Positions 29,228 through 39,198 of a stretch of DNA of 64,000 bases are shown piece by piece. The DNA comes from Candidatus Latescibacterota bacterium. Lineage in GTDB: Bacteria; Latescibacterota; UBA2968; UBA8231. The notes below the pieces were generated by a model that saw nothing but the letters and a program-made list of their open reading frames with translations, did no database searches and was not told where the DNA came from. Each line of letters starts with the position of its first letter. Position 1 is the first letter of the stretch. Where the stretch lies: the NCBI GenBank assembly GCA_965215195.1, contig CBDCDC010000002.1, positions 1,248,001-1,312,000 on the forward strand, written 5' to 3'. The position numbers were made by a program, and so were the translations under genes.

Positions 29228-30817
29228 GTGCGGCAAGTACATGCCCCAATCACAGGCATAACCGCGATCTGGGCGTTTTTTCTTGTTATTGGTTGCAGTG
29301 CGCCCCACCGCGACGGCCCTTCCTACGGCGGCCAAGTGCGGATCGGGACACCGGGGGGCATGGAGCCGCTCAATCCGCTCATTTCCTCCCGCACCGTGAG
29401 CACGGAGGTATTGGACCTGCTCTTTGAACGCCTGTTCGCGGAATCGCCTGACGGTCAACTTGCCCCGGCGTTGGCCATAGCTTGGCCATTCAGCCCCCGC
29501 CTGAAGTTTTGGGACATCTTACTGCGGTCGGATGCCCAGTTCCACGATGGTCGGCCCGTAACGGCTGAGGACGTGGTCTTTACGCTGCAATTGATGAGAA
29601 AGCAGCAAAACGGGGAGAATTTGCTCTTTGAGCGGGTTGAAGCACTCAGCGACGACATTGTGCGGCTGCACTATGCCGCCCCACTCCAGTGGTCGGCTCT
29701 AGTACACTTGCGGTTGCACATTTTGCCCAAGCATCTCGTCGAACCGCAGTTAGCGGCTGGCTATGGGCTGGACGAGTTGCCGTTCAATCGGCATCCCATT
29801 GGGGCGGGGCCGTTCCGCTTTGCCGATTGGGTGGGCGAGGCTCACTTGAGAATGGTGGCCTTTGAGGAGTATCACGGTGGGCGTCCATACATAGATACAG
29901 TGGAAGTGCGCGGCGATTACCCGGACTCGCGGTACGCGTGGGCCGCGTTTATGCGCGGCGAAAGCGATGTGGTTACGTCCGCGTCATCCGACGATTTGAA
30001 AAGTATCGCCGACAACGCGGCCTTCAACGTGCTCAAAGGGGTAGGGTCGTCCTATATGGCGCTGAACTTAAACTGTCGGCCCGAGTCGGTGCTGACCGAC
30101 CGGCGCGTGCGGGAGGCACTTCATCATGCGATTGATCGCCGAGCGATATGGCGTCTTCTCAGTGGGGAAGCAAAGGAAGATTCGATCTTTATTGCCGGGC
30201 CTTTTCCGCCCGGCTCGATCTATAGCGATCCGCAGGTGGCTGCGCCGATCAAAGACCAGCGGCGCACCCGGGCCATACTGCAAGCGGCCGGCTGGGTCGA
30301 TACAGACGGGGATGGGCTGCGCGAGCGGGACGGCGAGGCGTTGGAATTGACCTTGGTCATGGTCAAAGAAATGCCGCATCGGCACGACATAGCGGCCCAG
30401 TTGCGCAAGGATCTGGAAGAAGTGGGGATTCACCTGCTTATGCAGACCGAGCCTTTACAGACGCTTGCTTCAGTGGGGTCGCGGTTCGATATGGTATTGA
30501 GGGAAGGGTACAGTGACCTCGATCCCGATATAACCGTATCTGAATGGCATTCGCGGAATGCCCGCAATGGGTCGGGCTATGTCAATGCCGAAGTGGATCA
30601 ATTGATCGAAGCCGGTCGATCGGCCTACGACGAGCACGCGCACATCGCCATCTACCGGCGCATCCATCGCCATCTGCTAGCCGATCATCCCACAATTTTC
30701 ATCTGTCGAGAGCCGGTGATGTACGCAGTGCGGCAGCCGTTGCGGGGGGTGGAGTCGAGCCTGCGCTTAGGCGTCTTCCGCAGTTTGCCCGATTGGCATT
30801 GGGATCGGGGGCCGTAG
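29228..30817 (+). CDS. family 5 (OppA/DppA-like) substrate-binding lipoprotein, orphan
   Basis: VIGC lipobox, LNPL, FHDGRPVTAEDVVFT, PIGAGPF, VREALHHAIDR. Confidence 0.9.
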   Translation: MRQVHAPITGITAIWAFFLVIGCSAPHRDGPSYGGQVRIGTPGGMEPLNPLISSRTVSTEVLDLLFERLFAESPDGQLAPALAIAWPFSPRLKFWDILLRSDAQFHDGRPVTAEDVVFTLQLMRKQQNGENLLFERVEALSDDIVRLHYAAPLQWSALVHLRLHILPKHLVEPQLAAGYGLDELPFNRHPIGAGPFRFADWVGEAHLRMVAFEEYHGGRPYIDTVEVRGDYPDSRYAWAAFMRGESDVVTSASSDDLKSIADNAAFNVLKGVGSSYMALNLNCRPESVLTDRRVREALHHAIDRRAIWRLLSGEAKEDSIFIAGPFPPGSIYSDPQVAAPIKDQRRTRAILQAAGWVDTDGDGLRERDGEALELTLVMVKEMPHRHDIAAQLRKDLEEVGIHLLMQTEPLQTLASVGSRFDMVLREGYSDLDPDITVSEWHSRNARNGSGYVNAEVDQLIEAGRSAYDEHAHIAIYRRIHRHLLADHPTIFICREPVMYAVRQPLRGVESSLRLGVFRSLPDWHWDRGP

Positions 30818-30820
30818 GGC

Positions 30821-32935
30821 ATGATACGCCTCCGCAACATGCAGCGCCTCTGGGTGCGGCTGCTGGGCAATCACCTAATCGTCGGGCTGGTGCCCGTGCT
30901 GTTGGCGGCTGGTGTGCTCGTGTACACGGCGCGCAGTGCGCTAGAGCAGGCCGTGCTCGACAGCCACCAGCAGGTGGCCCGGCGGGCGGCCAAGGAGATT
31001 CACCATTTCCTCGCACAGCCCATCGCCAGCCTCAAGGTGCTGGCCCAAAGCATGAACGTGGTCCGCGACCCGTGGCGGCGGCAGAGCCTGTTGAGTCAGG
31101 TGGGGTTGGAACTGAGTGCGGTGGCCGAACTTTGCTTTGTGGATACGAGCGGCGCGATCCAAGCCACCAACATGCTCGATGTCCACGCTCCGCTCCAGCG
31201 CGGTGGACGGCTGCCGCCCGATTATCTGCCTCACGCCCGGGTACTGTGGGCGCAGGTGAAGCGGGAGGAATTCTACGCTTCCGAAGTGGTCCAGCACGAG
31301 GGGCAACCGAGCCTGTTTATCGGCTTGGCCGTGAAAGAGGCCGATAAAGTAGTCGGTGCTTTGATCGCCCGTTTTGCGCTGTACGAAATTTGGCAGCAGG
31401 TGGACCAGATTCGGCTGGGAGATACCGGGCGCGGGGTGCTTTTGGACGCGAGGGGCCGCTATATTGCCTTTCCCGCCCGCCAAGACATCTATCTCGACGC
31501 CCCACATCCCGAATTTGTACCGCACATAAGCGGGAATGGCACTCGGCAATGGCGCGACATCGAGGGACGCGAGTGGGTGGCGGGCTTTGCGTACATTGCG
31601 GACTGGGGCTGGACCGTGGTGGTGCAGCAGGAGGCGCAAGAGGCGTTTGGGCTGGTGGCCATGATGCAGTACCGCGCCAACTGGATCATCGTCGCCTCGG
31701 TGGCCGGTGCCATTTTGCTGGGCTTGGTGCTGTTGCGGTCCATCACTCGGCCCATCAATCGGCTGATGCACACCGTGCGGGCCGTGCAGGCCGGCGAGGC
31801 GTTTGCCCTAAAGTTGCCGGCTATAAAGGACGAATTGTGGGAGTTGGGGCAGGCGTTTACCGAAATGAACCAAGCCCTCGAAGCCCGCAAGGCGGAACTG
31901 GAGGCCGAACTCAACTTCAGTGACCGGCTGATCGAGGACAATCCCCTCGCCATCGCGGTGGTGGACCAACAGCAGCGAACCGTGCGGGTGAACAAGGCTT
32001 GGCACCAGCTCTTTGGCGAAGGCGGGGCCGGCCCTTGGGAACACACGCCCGCGGGCCAGCAGCTTTGGGACTGGATCAAAAGCAACCCCAAGACGCGGGA
32101 GGCCGACAACTTGGAGATCGAGTCCCCGCAGGGCGGCACCCGGTTTTGGAACCTGAAGGTCTTAGACTTGGAGGGGGCCTTGCCCGGGCATCTGTTGTTA
32201 GTGGTGGACGACCAGACTCAGCGCAAACTTTTGGAACTTCACTACGTTCAGGCCGAGAAGCTGGCCGCCCTCGGCGAGATGGCCGCGGGCGTGGCGCACG
32301 AGATCAAGAATCCGCTGGCGATCATCCGGCACGCCTACGAGCTGCTGGCGCAGATTGTCCCGCAGGAAGTGGAGGGGCGCGACCAAGCGCTCAGGCCCCT
32401 CGGCGCGGCTATCGGCCGGATCGATGAACGAGTGGTCAATCTGCTCGACTTTGCCCGACCCGCCCAGCAGGTGCAGGAGTTGGTTGACCCAACGGGCATC
32501 CTCCGGCAACTGGTCGATCTCGAACAGAAACACGCCGAGCACCTTGGCATCGCCATTGAGGTCCGTCTGCACGCGGTGCCGCCGGTGTGGGTGAATCGGG
32601 ACATGCTCAAGGATGTTTTTCTCAATTTGATTAGCAACGCGTTTGCGGCCATGCCCGATGGCGGCAAGTTGCTGATTTCGGCCGCGCAGCGGGACGATTG
32701 GGTGGTGGTCGGGGTCGGCGATACCGGGGCGGGCATTTCCCCAAAGCACCTCCGGCAGATATTTGAGCCGTTTTACTCGACCAAGCCGCCGGGGCAGGGC
32801 ACGGGGCTGGGATTGGCCATCGTCCACCGGCAAATACAGGAGATCGGCGGCCGGATTGAGGTCGAAAGCGCGCCGGACCAAGGCACGCGCTTTTCGCTAT
32901 ATCTACCTACGGCAAACCCAGAGAGGAACGATTGA
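30821..32935 (+). CDS. sensor histidine kinase (Cache-like, HAMP, PAS-like, HisKA/HATPase)
   Basis: two TMs, AHEIKNPL, NLISNA, DTGAG, GTGLGL. Confidence 0.92.
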   Translation: MIRLRNMQRLWVRLLGNHLIVGLVPVLLAAGVLVYTARSALEQAVLDSHQQVARRAAKEIHHFLAQPIASLKVLAQSMNVVRDPWRRQSLLSQVGLELSAVAELCFVDTSGAIQATNMLDVHAPLQRGGRLPPDYLPHARVLWAQVKREEFYASEVVQHEGQPSLFIGLAVKEADKVVGALIARFALYEIWQQVDQIRLGDTGRGVLLDARGRYIAFPARQDIYLDAPHPEFVPHISGNGTRQWRDIEGREWVAGFAYIADWGWTVVVQQEAQEAFGLVAMMQYRANWIIVASVAGAILLGLVLLRSITRPINRLMHTVRAVQAGEAFALKLPAIKDELWELGQAFTEMNQALEARKAELEAELNFSDRLIEDNPLAIAVVDQQQRTVRVNKAWHQLFGEGGAGPWEHTPAGQQLWDWIKSNPKTREADNLEIESPQGGTRFWNLKVLDLEGALPGHLLLVVDDQTQRKLLELHYVQAEKLAALGEMAAGVAHEIKNPLAIIRHAYELLAQIVPQEVEGRDQALRPLGAAIGRIDERVVNLLDFARPAQQVQELVDPTGILRQLVDLEQKHAEHLGIAIEVRLHAVPPVWVNRDMLKDVFLNLISNAFAAMPDGGKLLISAAQRDDWVVVGVGDTGAGISPKHLRQIFEPFYSTKPPGQGTGLGLAIVHRQIQEIGGRIEVESAPDQGTRFSLYLPTANPERND

Positions 32936-32936
32936 C

Positions 32937-34322
32937 ATGGGCAAACGCAAGGGCAGGATACTCATGGTAGACGACGAGCAGGACTTGTTGGATTTGTCGG
33001 CCATTCTGTTGCGCCGCGAGGGCTTGGCGGTTTCTACCTGCGCCGGTGGCAAAGCGGCCCTAAGCCTGCTGAATAACGAGGAGTTCGATCTCATCCTCCT
33101 CGATTTGAGGATGCCGGGCTTGGACGGCCTCGGCTTCTTGGAGCTCTTCAAAAAGCAGCAACGCCGCGAAGAAGTCGTCATTCTGACGGCCTACGCCGAT
33201 GTGGAAAGTGCGGTGAAAGCCGTCAAGTTGGGGGCCTATGGCTACCTGTCCAAACCCTTTGACATCGGGGAAGTGCTGGCGCATCTCGACCGCATCTTGG
33301 AGTTGCAGGCTCTGCGCTCTGAAAACGAGGCCCTGCGGCGGGAGCAGCGGGGCGAGTTCGGCAACTTGGTGGGCCAAAGCGAGGGCATGAGACAGCTCTA
33401 CCAGCTCATCGAGGATGTGGCGCCCACGCCGGTCACCGTACTGATTCGGGGCGAGAGCGGGACCGGCAAGGAACTGGTGGCCAACGCCATTCACAACACC
33501 AGCGACCGCGCCGGCAAGCCTTTTGTGCGCTGCAATTGCGCGGCCTTGTCGCCGGGCGTGCTGGAGAGCGAACTCTTCGGCCACGTCAAGGGGGCCTTTA
33601 CCGGAGCGGTGCGCGACCGCGCCGGCCGGTTTGCCGAGGCCGACGGCGGCTCCTTGTTCCTCGACGAGATCGGCGATCTCGAAACCAATATGCAGATTCG
33701 GCTCTTGCGCGTGATACAGGAAGGGGAGTTTGAGCCGGTGGGATCGACCCAGACCCAGCAAGTGGATGTGCGCTTGATCACCGCTACGCACCAAGATCTC
33801 GAAGCCCGCATTGAGGAGGGCACTTTCCGCGAAGATCTCTACTACCGCATCAACGCCCTGACCATTGAAATACCGCCGCTGCGGGAGCGCATGAGCGACC
33901 TGCCGCTCTTGTGCGCCTTCTTCGTCAACCGCTACAACCGGGTGCTCCACAAGCGCGTTGAGGGGTTTACCAGCGAGGCCCTGCAATGCTTGGAGGAATA
34001 CAACTGGCCCGGCAATGTGCGCGAACTGGAAAACGCGATCATGCGGGCGATGACCGTGGCCAAAGGCGACGACGTAGAGATCAAACACCTGCCCGCCTCC
34101 CTTGCTAGTGGGATGGCACCGGCCTATCGCGGCGAGGAGGCGTACTACGATATTCCGCAGCCGCTCTTCCACGAGGCGCGCGAGCAGTTCGAGCGCCTCT
34201 TTCTCCGCCGGGCTCTAGAGCGGGCCAACGGCAACGTAAGCCGGACCGCGGCCGCCATTCAATTGAGCCGGAGGAATCTACAGCGGAAGATCAAGCAATA
34301 CGAACTAGACGTTCGCGGATGA
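32937..34322 (+). CDS. NtrC-family sigma-54-dependent response regulator
   Basis: receiver domain, GESGTGKE, GAFTGA, WPGNVREL, Fis-type HTH. Confidence 0.95.
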   Translation: MGKRKGRILMVDDEQDLLDLSAILLRREGLAVSTCAGGKAALSLLNNEEFDLILLDLRMPGLDGLGFLELFKKQQRREEVVILTAYADVESAVKAVKLGAYGYLSKPFDIGEVLAHLDRILELQALRSENEALRREQRGEFGNLVGQSEGMRQLYQLIEDVAPTPVTVLIRGESGTGKELVANAIHNTSDRAGKPFVRCNCAALSPGVLESELFGHVKGAFTGAVRDRAGRFAEADGGSLFLDEIGDLETNMQIRLLRVIQEGEFEPVGSTQTQQVDVRLITATHQDLEARIEEGTFREDLYYRINALTIEIPPLRERMSDLPLLCAFFVNRYNRVLHKRVEGFTSEALQCLEEYNWPGNVRELENAIMRAMTVAKGDDVEIKHLPASLASGMAPAYRGEEAYYDIPQPLFHEAREQFERLFLRRALERANGNVSRTAAAIQLSRRNLQRKIKQYELDVRG

Positions 34323-34342
34323 GGGCGCGTGAACTCTGTCGC

Positions 34343-34837
34343 TCATTCGTCCTCTAAAGGGCCGAGCAATTCGTCTAGCTTGGCCTTGAGCTTCTTTTCG
34401 TCTCCGGGCCGATACCCTTGGTGTTTGTACCACACTGTCCTGTCGGCCGCAATAATTAGGGTCGCCGGGACGCCCACTAGGTGGAACTGCTTGAGCACCT
34501 CATTGGTCTTGTCGAGCAAGACCGGCAACTTGAGCTTGTGGCGCTGCATAAAGGGCCGCACCTTGGGCAGGTTCCTCGGGCCATCGATGTTGATCGTCAG
34601 CACCTGAACGCCGCGCTTGGCGTACTCTGCGGATAGGGCTTGGAGCTTGGGCAGGCTCTTGATACAGGGCTTGCACCAAGTCGCCCAGAAGTCGAAGACC
34701 ACTGGCCCTTTTTTGAGCGCCTCTACCAGCGAAAAGGTCGATCCGTCGAGGTTTTCCAACGCGAGTTGCGGGGCCTTTTCGGCGCGAGCCGAGCCGCCAA
34801 GCAGCAAGCAGGTTGTCAAGGCAAAAATTGATTTCAT
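34343..34837 (-). CDS. TlpA-family thiol-disulfide oxidoreductase
   Basis: signal peptide, DFWATWCKPC, GVPAT. Confidence 0.9.
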   Translation of the reverse strand: MKSIFALTTCLLLGGSARAEKAPQLALENLDGSTFSLVEALKKGPVVFDFWATWCKPCIKSLPKLQALSAEYAKRGVQVLTINIDGPRNLPKVRPFMQRHKLKLPVLLDKTNEVLKQFHLVGVPATLIIAADRTVWYKHQGYRPGDEKKLKAKLDELLGPLEDE

Positions 34838-34872
34838 TTTGGGCCTCCGTTTTTCTCTATAAGGACCAAGCC

Positions 34873-36396
34873 ATGCGCTCCGTTCCCGCATTTGTATTGC
34901 TGCTAACCGCTCCCCTCCAAGCCGAGGTGCGCCTTTCAACCCTGACCGAAGCCCAAGTCGGCAACCTGCCCGGCGCACAGGCGGACGCTCTGCGGACGAT
35001 CTACCACCAGTTCAGCCTCGACTATGCGCTCGCCGATTTCCAGTTCGGGATCCGCGGCGAGACCTTTGGCACTAGCGCAGCCAATCGCAACTACGGCCAG
35101 CTTCTCCAGCGCTCTGCCTCCTACCGTCGGAGTGGCTTTGAAGCCACGGTCGGGCATTTCTACACCATCGTCGGCAGCGGCCTGCTCGTCCACGCCTTTG
35201 AGCTGCCCGGCGTCATCACCGAGGAGCGGGGCACTCGCCGCCGCTACCAGATCGTGCGCGACCTCGACGGCGTGCAGGTGCGCTACCGCGCCAAGTGGGC
35301 CGATATGCTGCTGCTGCGCGGCGCACCGGTCAACAGTACGCTGCCGCCCGGCTTGGACGGGGTTGACCGCCGCCCAGACGCACTCCACGCCGGCTCGCTC
35401 CAGCTCAAGCCGCACCCGCATTTCGACGTTGGGGTTAGCGCCATCCGCTACGCAGTCGGCAGGGGGCAAGAAACGAGTGCGGCCTTCAATGCTCGCTGGC
35501 GGCTCGCGCCTTTGCTGGATCGTCTCGGCCTCGCCGGAGTCTATGCCGATCTCCAGGGCGAGTACGCCCAGCGCGATGTGGAGCTCAAGCGCTTCTTTTC
35601 GCTGGACCGCAGTTTGGGCCGCGCCCTGTACCTAGCAACCACCTTGGCGTTCGGACCGTGGGGCTTGAGCTTGGAATACAAAGACTACCAAGACTTCGCC
35701 CTCGAACACATCAACAATCCTCCGCCCCTGATCCGCGAACACTCGGCCTATCTCCTCAACCGCATCACGCACGACGTGCTCGCCGACGACGAGCAGGGCT
35801 ACCAAGCCGAACTGAGTTACGCCTTACCCAGCGGCCAAACCCTCACCGCCAATGCGACCCGCGCCACGCGCCGCCGCGACTCGGGCACAGCCGACGACAA
35901 CGTCCTGCGCGAATTCTTTGTGCAGATGGATTCACCTTGGGGCCAACGCGCCGAGGTGCAGCTTTTTGCCGACTTTACCCACAACCAGATTCTCCTCGAC
36001 GACAAAAGCCGCCTCTTGGGCACGCGCTGGGCGTGGTCGCCAGATGAGTTTTACACCTTCGAGCTAGACGCCCAATTCCAAGACGTCGATCGGCGGTTCG
36101 GCAACCTAGCCTATCCCTACACCAACCACTACTATGCCCTAGCGGTCCATCGCGCGCCCGGCCTCTCCGCGGCCGTGCAGGTCCAGCGCACCTCCGACGA
36201 ATTGGAAACCGGGGCCGACCCCTCTGGCATCACTTGGTGGCGGGGCTTCAACATCGGTGCCGATATTGGCGAGGGCCACAGCCTCAGTGTTTTCGCCGGC
36301 CAGCGCCGCTCGGGCTTGGCCTGCACGGCCGGTATTTGCTACGAGGTGCTAGGGTTCAAGGGGGTTGAGGTCCGGCTGCTCAATCGCTTCTTCTGA
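34873..36396 (+). CDS. DUF6029-like outer-membrane beta-barrel protein
   Basis: signal peptide, GHFYTIVGSGL, EYKDY, C-terminal GLACTAGIC and terminal Phe. Confidence 0.6.
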   Translation: MRSVPAFVLLLTAPLQAEVRLSTLTEAQVGNLPGAQADALRTIYHQFSLDYALADFQFGIRGETFGTSAANRNYGQLLQRSASYRRSGFEATVGHFYTIVGSGLLVHAFELPGVITEERGTRRRYQIVRDLDGVQVRYRAKWADMLLLRGAPVNSTLPPGLDGVDRRPDALHAGSLQLKPHPHFDVGVSAIRYAVGRGQETSAAFNARWRLAPLLDRLGLAGVYADLQGEYAQRDVELKRFFSLDRSLGRALYLATTLAFGPWGLSLEYKDYQDFALEHINNPPPLIREHSAYLLNRITHDVLADDEQGYQAELSYALPSGQTLTANATRATRRRDSGTADDNVLREFFVQMDSPWGQRAEVQLFADFTHNQILLDDKSRLLGTRWAWSPDEFYTFELDAQFQDVDRRFGNLAYPYTNHYYALAVHRAPGLSAAVQVQRTSDELETGADPSGITWWRGFNIGADIGEGHSLSVFAGQRRSGLACTAGICYEVLGFKGVEVRLLNRFF

Positions 36397-36398
36397 TC

Positions 36399-37220
36399 TC
36401 ATCGCAGCAGCAGCAGCTTGCGGACCTGGGTGTACTCGTCGGCTCGCAACTGGTACAGGTACACTCCGCTAGGCACCGCCTGCCCCGTTTGATCGCGGCC
36501 GTCCCAGCGCACCGCGAACGTCCCGGCCGCGCTAGGCCCCTGTGCGAGCACGGCCACCGGCTGGCCGAGCAGATTGTAGATCGCCAGCTCAACTTGGCTC
36601 GGCTGCGGCAGGGCGAAGCGGATCACCGTATTGCTGTTGAACGGATTAGGTGCGTTCTGCGCTAGGGCGAAGGCTTGGGGAGCGGACGCCTGAGCGGACG
36701 CCACTGCCGTTTCCTCCTCTAAGGGGGGAAGATCGGCCAGCGCCAGCACCACCTCGTCGCGGAGTTCGTCCATGGGTATTAGGAAATTGGTCTTTAGGCG
36801 GAGGAAACCCTCGTGGTCGATGATGACAAAGGTCTGGTAGGTTTGCCCATACGCGGCTGCCATCTGGCTGGCGTTCAGCAGAAAGGGCATGGTCGCGCCT
36901 TGGCCCAAGCGCCAGCGGGTCCGCACTTGGGCTGCCGTGCCGTCCCACACATCGGCACCCAAGGCGACAAAGCACTCGTCGGCAAATTCCTGCCAGATTT
37001 CTTCAAAGCTCTCGGCACGCGAGAGACAGGCCGGTCAGCCATAGCCAAGGAAGAAGATCAGCACCACTTGGCCCTCGAAGTCGCTCAGGGCTGCTTGGCC
37101 GCCATCGAGCCGGTCTAAGCGGAAATCCGCGGCCGGATCGCCGGCGCGCGGCACTTGGGCCTCTAGGGCTGAAGCGCCTAACACCGCTAACGTTGTTAGA
37201 TGCAACAAAGGTTTGTTCAC
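36399..37220 (-). CDS. probable selenoprotein: redoxin (UxxC) + FlgD-Ig-like C-terminal domain
   Basis: in-frame TGA at 37035-37037 gives FFLGYG-U-PAC; frame continues into track ORF 36399-36962 (QNAPNPFN...WDGRD); hairpin 37009-37025 after the UGA. Confidence 0.8.
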
Positions 37221-37231
37221 AATCAACCTCC

Positions 37232-38092
37232 TTAGTGTTGCCGCGCGAATTTCTGAATGCGGTGGTCGGCCTGCACTTCACCCACGTACAGGTCGCCGCG
37301 GGAGTTCATCCAGATGCCGTGGGGGCAGCCGAGGAATTCCCCGGGCTGGTCGCTGCGCTCGCCCGATCCCCATTGCGCCAGCCATTCGCCGTCGAGGTTG
37401 AGGATGCTCACCCGCTGGTCGAGTTCCGCGACATAGACCGTATCTCCGTCGAGGAAGATCGTGTCGGGATGGTGAAAGCCGCCCCACTCCGCTAGGTAGT
37501 TGCCGTCGAGGTCGAAGAACTGGATGCGGTTGTTGGCGCGGTCGGCCACCATCAGCCGCCCGCGCTGGTCAACGCGCACACAGTGGGGCAGATCGAACTC
37601 CCCCGGGCCGGTGCCCGGACAGCCCCACGTCTTGATGAATTCGCCGTCGGGTGAGTACTTGTGGATGCAGGCGTTGCCGTAGCCGTCGGACACGTATATA
37701 TAGCCGTCGGCGTCGAGCGCCAAGTCCGTGGGCAGCCGGAAGGGCTGGCCTGGTGCGCCCTCTTGGTCCGGCGTTCCCAAGGTCATCAGCAACTCGCCGT
37801 CGCGGGTGAACTGGCGCACGCAGTGGGTTTCGCGCTCGACGCACCAGATTTGGTCGCGGTCGTCGATAAAGATGCCGTGGGCGTCCTTGAGCACCTCGTC
37901 GCCCCACGAGGCCACGAAGCGTCCCTCGCTATCGAAGACGATCATGGGATGCTCGCTGCGGCTGTACACATAGACCCGATCCTCGGAGTCGCAGGCCACG
38001 GCCGGAACCCAGCCAAAGCACCAGCCCTCGGGCAACTCAAACCAATCCTGCTGCACTGCATAGGTGAATACTCCGCTGCCAACTAAGGTCAT
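37232..38092 (-). CDS. NHL-repeat protein (peptidylamidoglycolate lyase-like)
   Basis: repeated YVSDGYGN, GPGEFDLPH, VADRANNRIQ. Confidence 0.85.
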   Translation of the reverse strand: MTLVGSGVFTYAVQQDWFELPEGWCFGWVPAVACDSEDRVYVYSRSEHPMIVFDSEGRFVASWGDEVLKDAHGIFIDDRDQIWCVERETHCVRQFTRDGELLMTLGTPDQEGAPGQPFRLPTDLALDADGYIYVSDGYGNACIHKYSPDGEFIKTWGCPGTGPGEFDLPHCVRVDQRGRLMVADRANNRIQFFDLDGNYLAEWGGFHHPDTIFLDGDTVYVAELDQRVSILNLDGEWLAQWGSGERSDQPGEFLGCPHGIWMNSRGDLYVGEVQADHRIQKFARQH

Positions 38093-38214
38093 GGGACCCT
38101 CCTCGTTACAATGGTTTGTGTGCTTCTGAGTTACGCGGCTTTTGGCCGCCCGTTTGAGGCCCGTGCGCTACGGTGAAACGCGGGAAGGACCCCGGGCGGG
38201 GCTGCTAACGATCG

Positions 38215-39135
38215 TTATTCCCGCAACCGCTCCATCTCGTCGGCGGGCAAAAGCCGTGCTCCGGCTGCGGCGTTGGCGCGGGCTTGGGCCGCGGACTTGG
38301 CGCCGGGGATGGCCACGGGCGCGGCTGGATGGGAAATGACGTATTGGAGGGCTTTCTCCACCATGGCTCCTCCGGGCGCGGCGACCTCGGCGAGGTGCTC
38401 AACTTGCGCCAGCTTGGCCTCGAAGTCAGTGCGCTGCGACTCGCCGGCGTTGAAGGACTGCCGCACTTCGTCGGTAAAAACCGACTCCTTGGTGTAGCGC
38501 CCGGACAAAAGCCCCTTGGCCAGCGGCCCCCGCACCAGCACGGCAATGCCCTGCTCTTGGCAATAGGGCAACAGCTCGGCTTCGGCTTGCAGGTTGACCA
38601 GCGAATAGTCTATCTCCACCACCGAACAATCGCCCCGGGCGTTGAAGCGCTGGAGCACCTCTAGGCTGTCGGTCGAAATGCCAAAGGCCCGCAGCCGCCC
38701 TTCCTCGACCAGCGCGGCAAAGGCATCCAAGTAGATCGACGGGTCGGCGATGTTGCCCTCGTGGCACAGCAGCACGTCGTGCCAGTCCGTGCGCAGCCGG
38801 TGCAGGGAGGCGTGGGCGCACAGGCGGATCATATCGACCGTGGTTTTGGGTACGCCCTGCCCGGTGCGCGCCCCCCAATTGCCGATTTTGCTGACCACAA
38901 AAACTTGGTGGCGGATGCCGGCCAAGGCGCGTCCCAACCGCTCCTCAGACAGCCCGTTGGGCGTGCCGTAGGACTCGGCCGCGTCGAAGAGATTGACGCC
39001 GCAGTCAAAGGCCGTGCGCACGGTGTCCCAAGCGGTGGGCTCGTCGATAGGCCCCCATTGGTTGCCGATGTTCCAAGTTCCCAAACCAATGGCCGAGACT
39101 TGCCAGTCCGTCCGGCCAAATGCTCTGTACAACAT
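38215..39135 (-). CDS. aldo/keto reductase
   Basis: IGLGTW, FDAAESYG, IPGAKS. Confidence 0.9.
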   Translation of the reverse strand: MLYRAFGRTDWQVSAIGLGTWNIGNQWGPIDEPTAWDTVRTAFDCGVNLFDAAESYGTPNGLSEERLGRALAGIRHQVFVVSKIGNWGARTGQGVPKTTVDMIRLCAHASLHRLRTDWHDVLLCHEGNIADPSIYLDAFAALVEEGRLRAFGISTDSLEVLQRFNARGDCSVVEIDYSLVNLQAEAELLPYCQEQGIAVLVRGPLAKGLLSGRYTKESVFTDEVRQSFNAGESQRTDFEAKLAQVEHLAEVAAPGGAMVEKALQYVISHPAAPVAIPGAKSAAQARANAAAGARLLPADEMERLRE

Positions 39136-39198
39136 GCGTTGTCTCCTTTCTGCGTTTCAAGGTAAGGGACCGCCTGTGCTGGTCAAGCGGTGCGCGTT

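Noticed and set aside
1-34322. Lanthipeptide, ranthipeptide or thiopeptide assignment
   Set aside because: No LanB/C/M, YcaO or CxxxCxxC radical SAM gene visible; core 4 has no Ser/Thr. Such an enzyme could still lie outside the window
37232-38092. NHL/PAL-like protein as C-terminal amidating enzyme for the peptides
   Set aside because: Cores do not end in Gly, there is no monooxygenase partner, and the gene is outside the sigma-54 regulon
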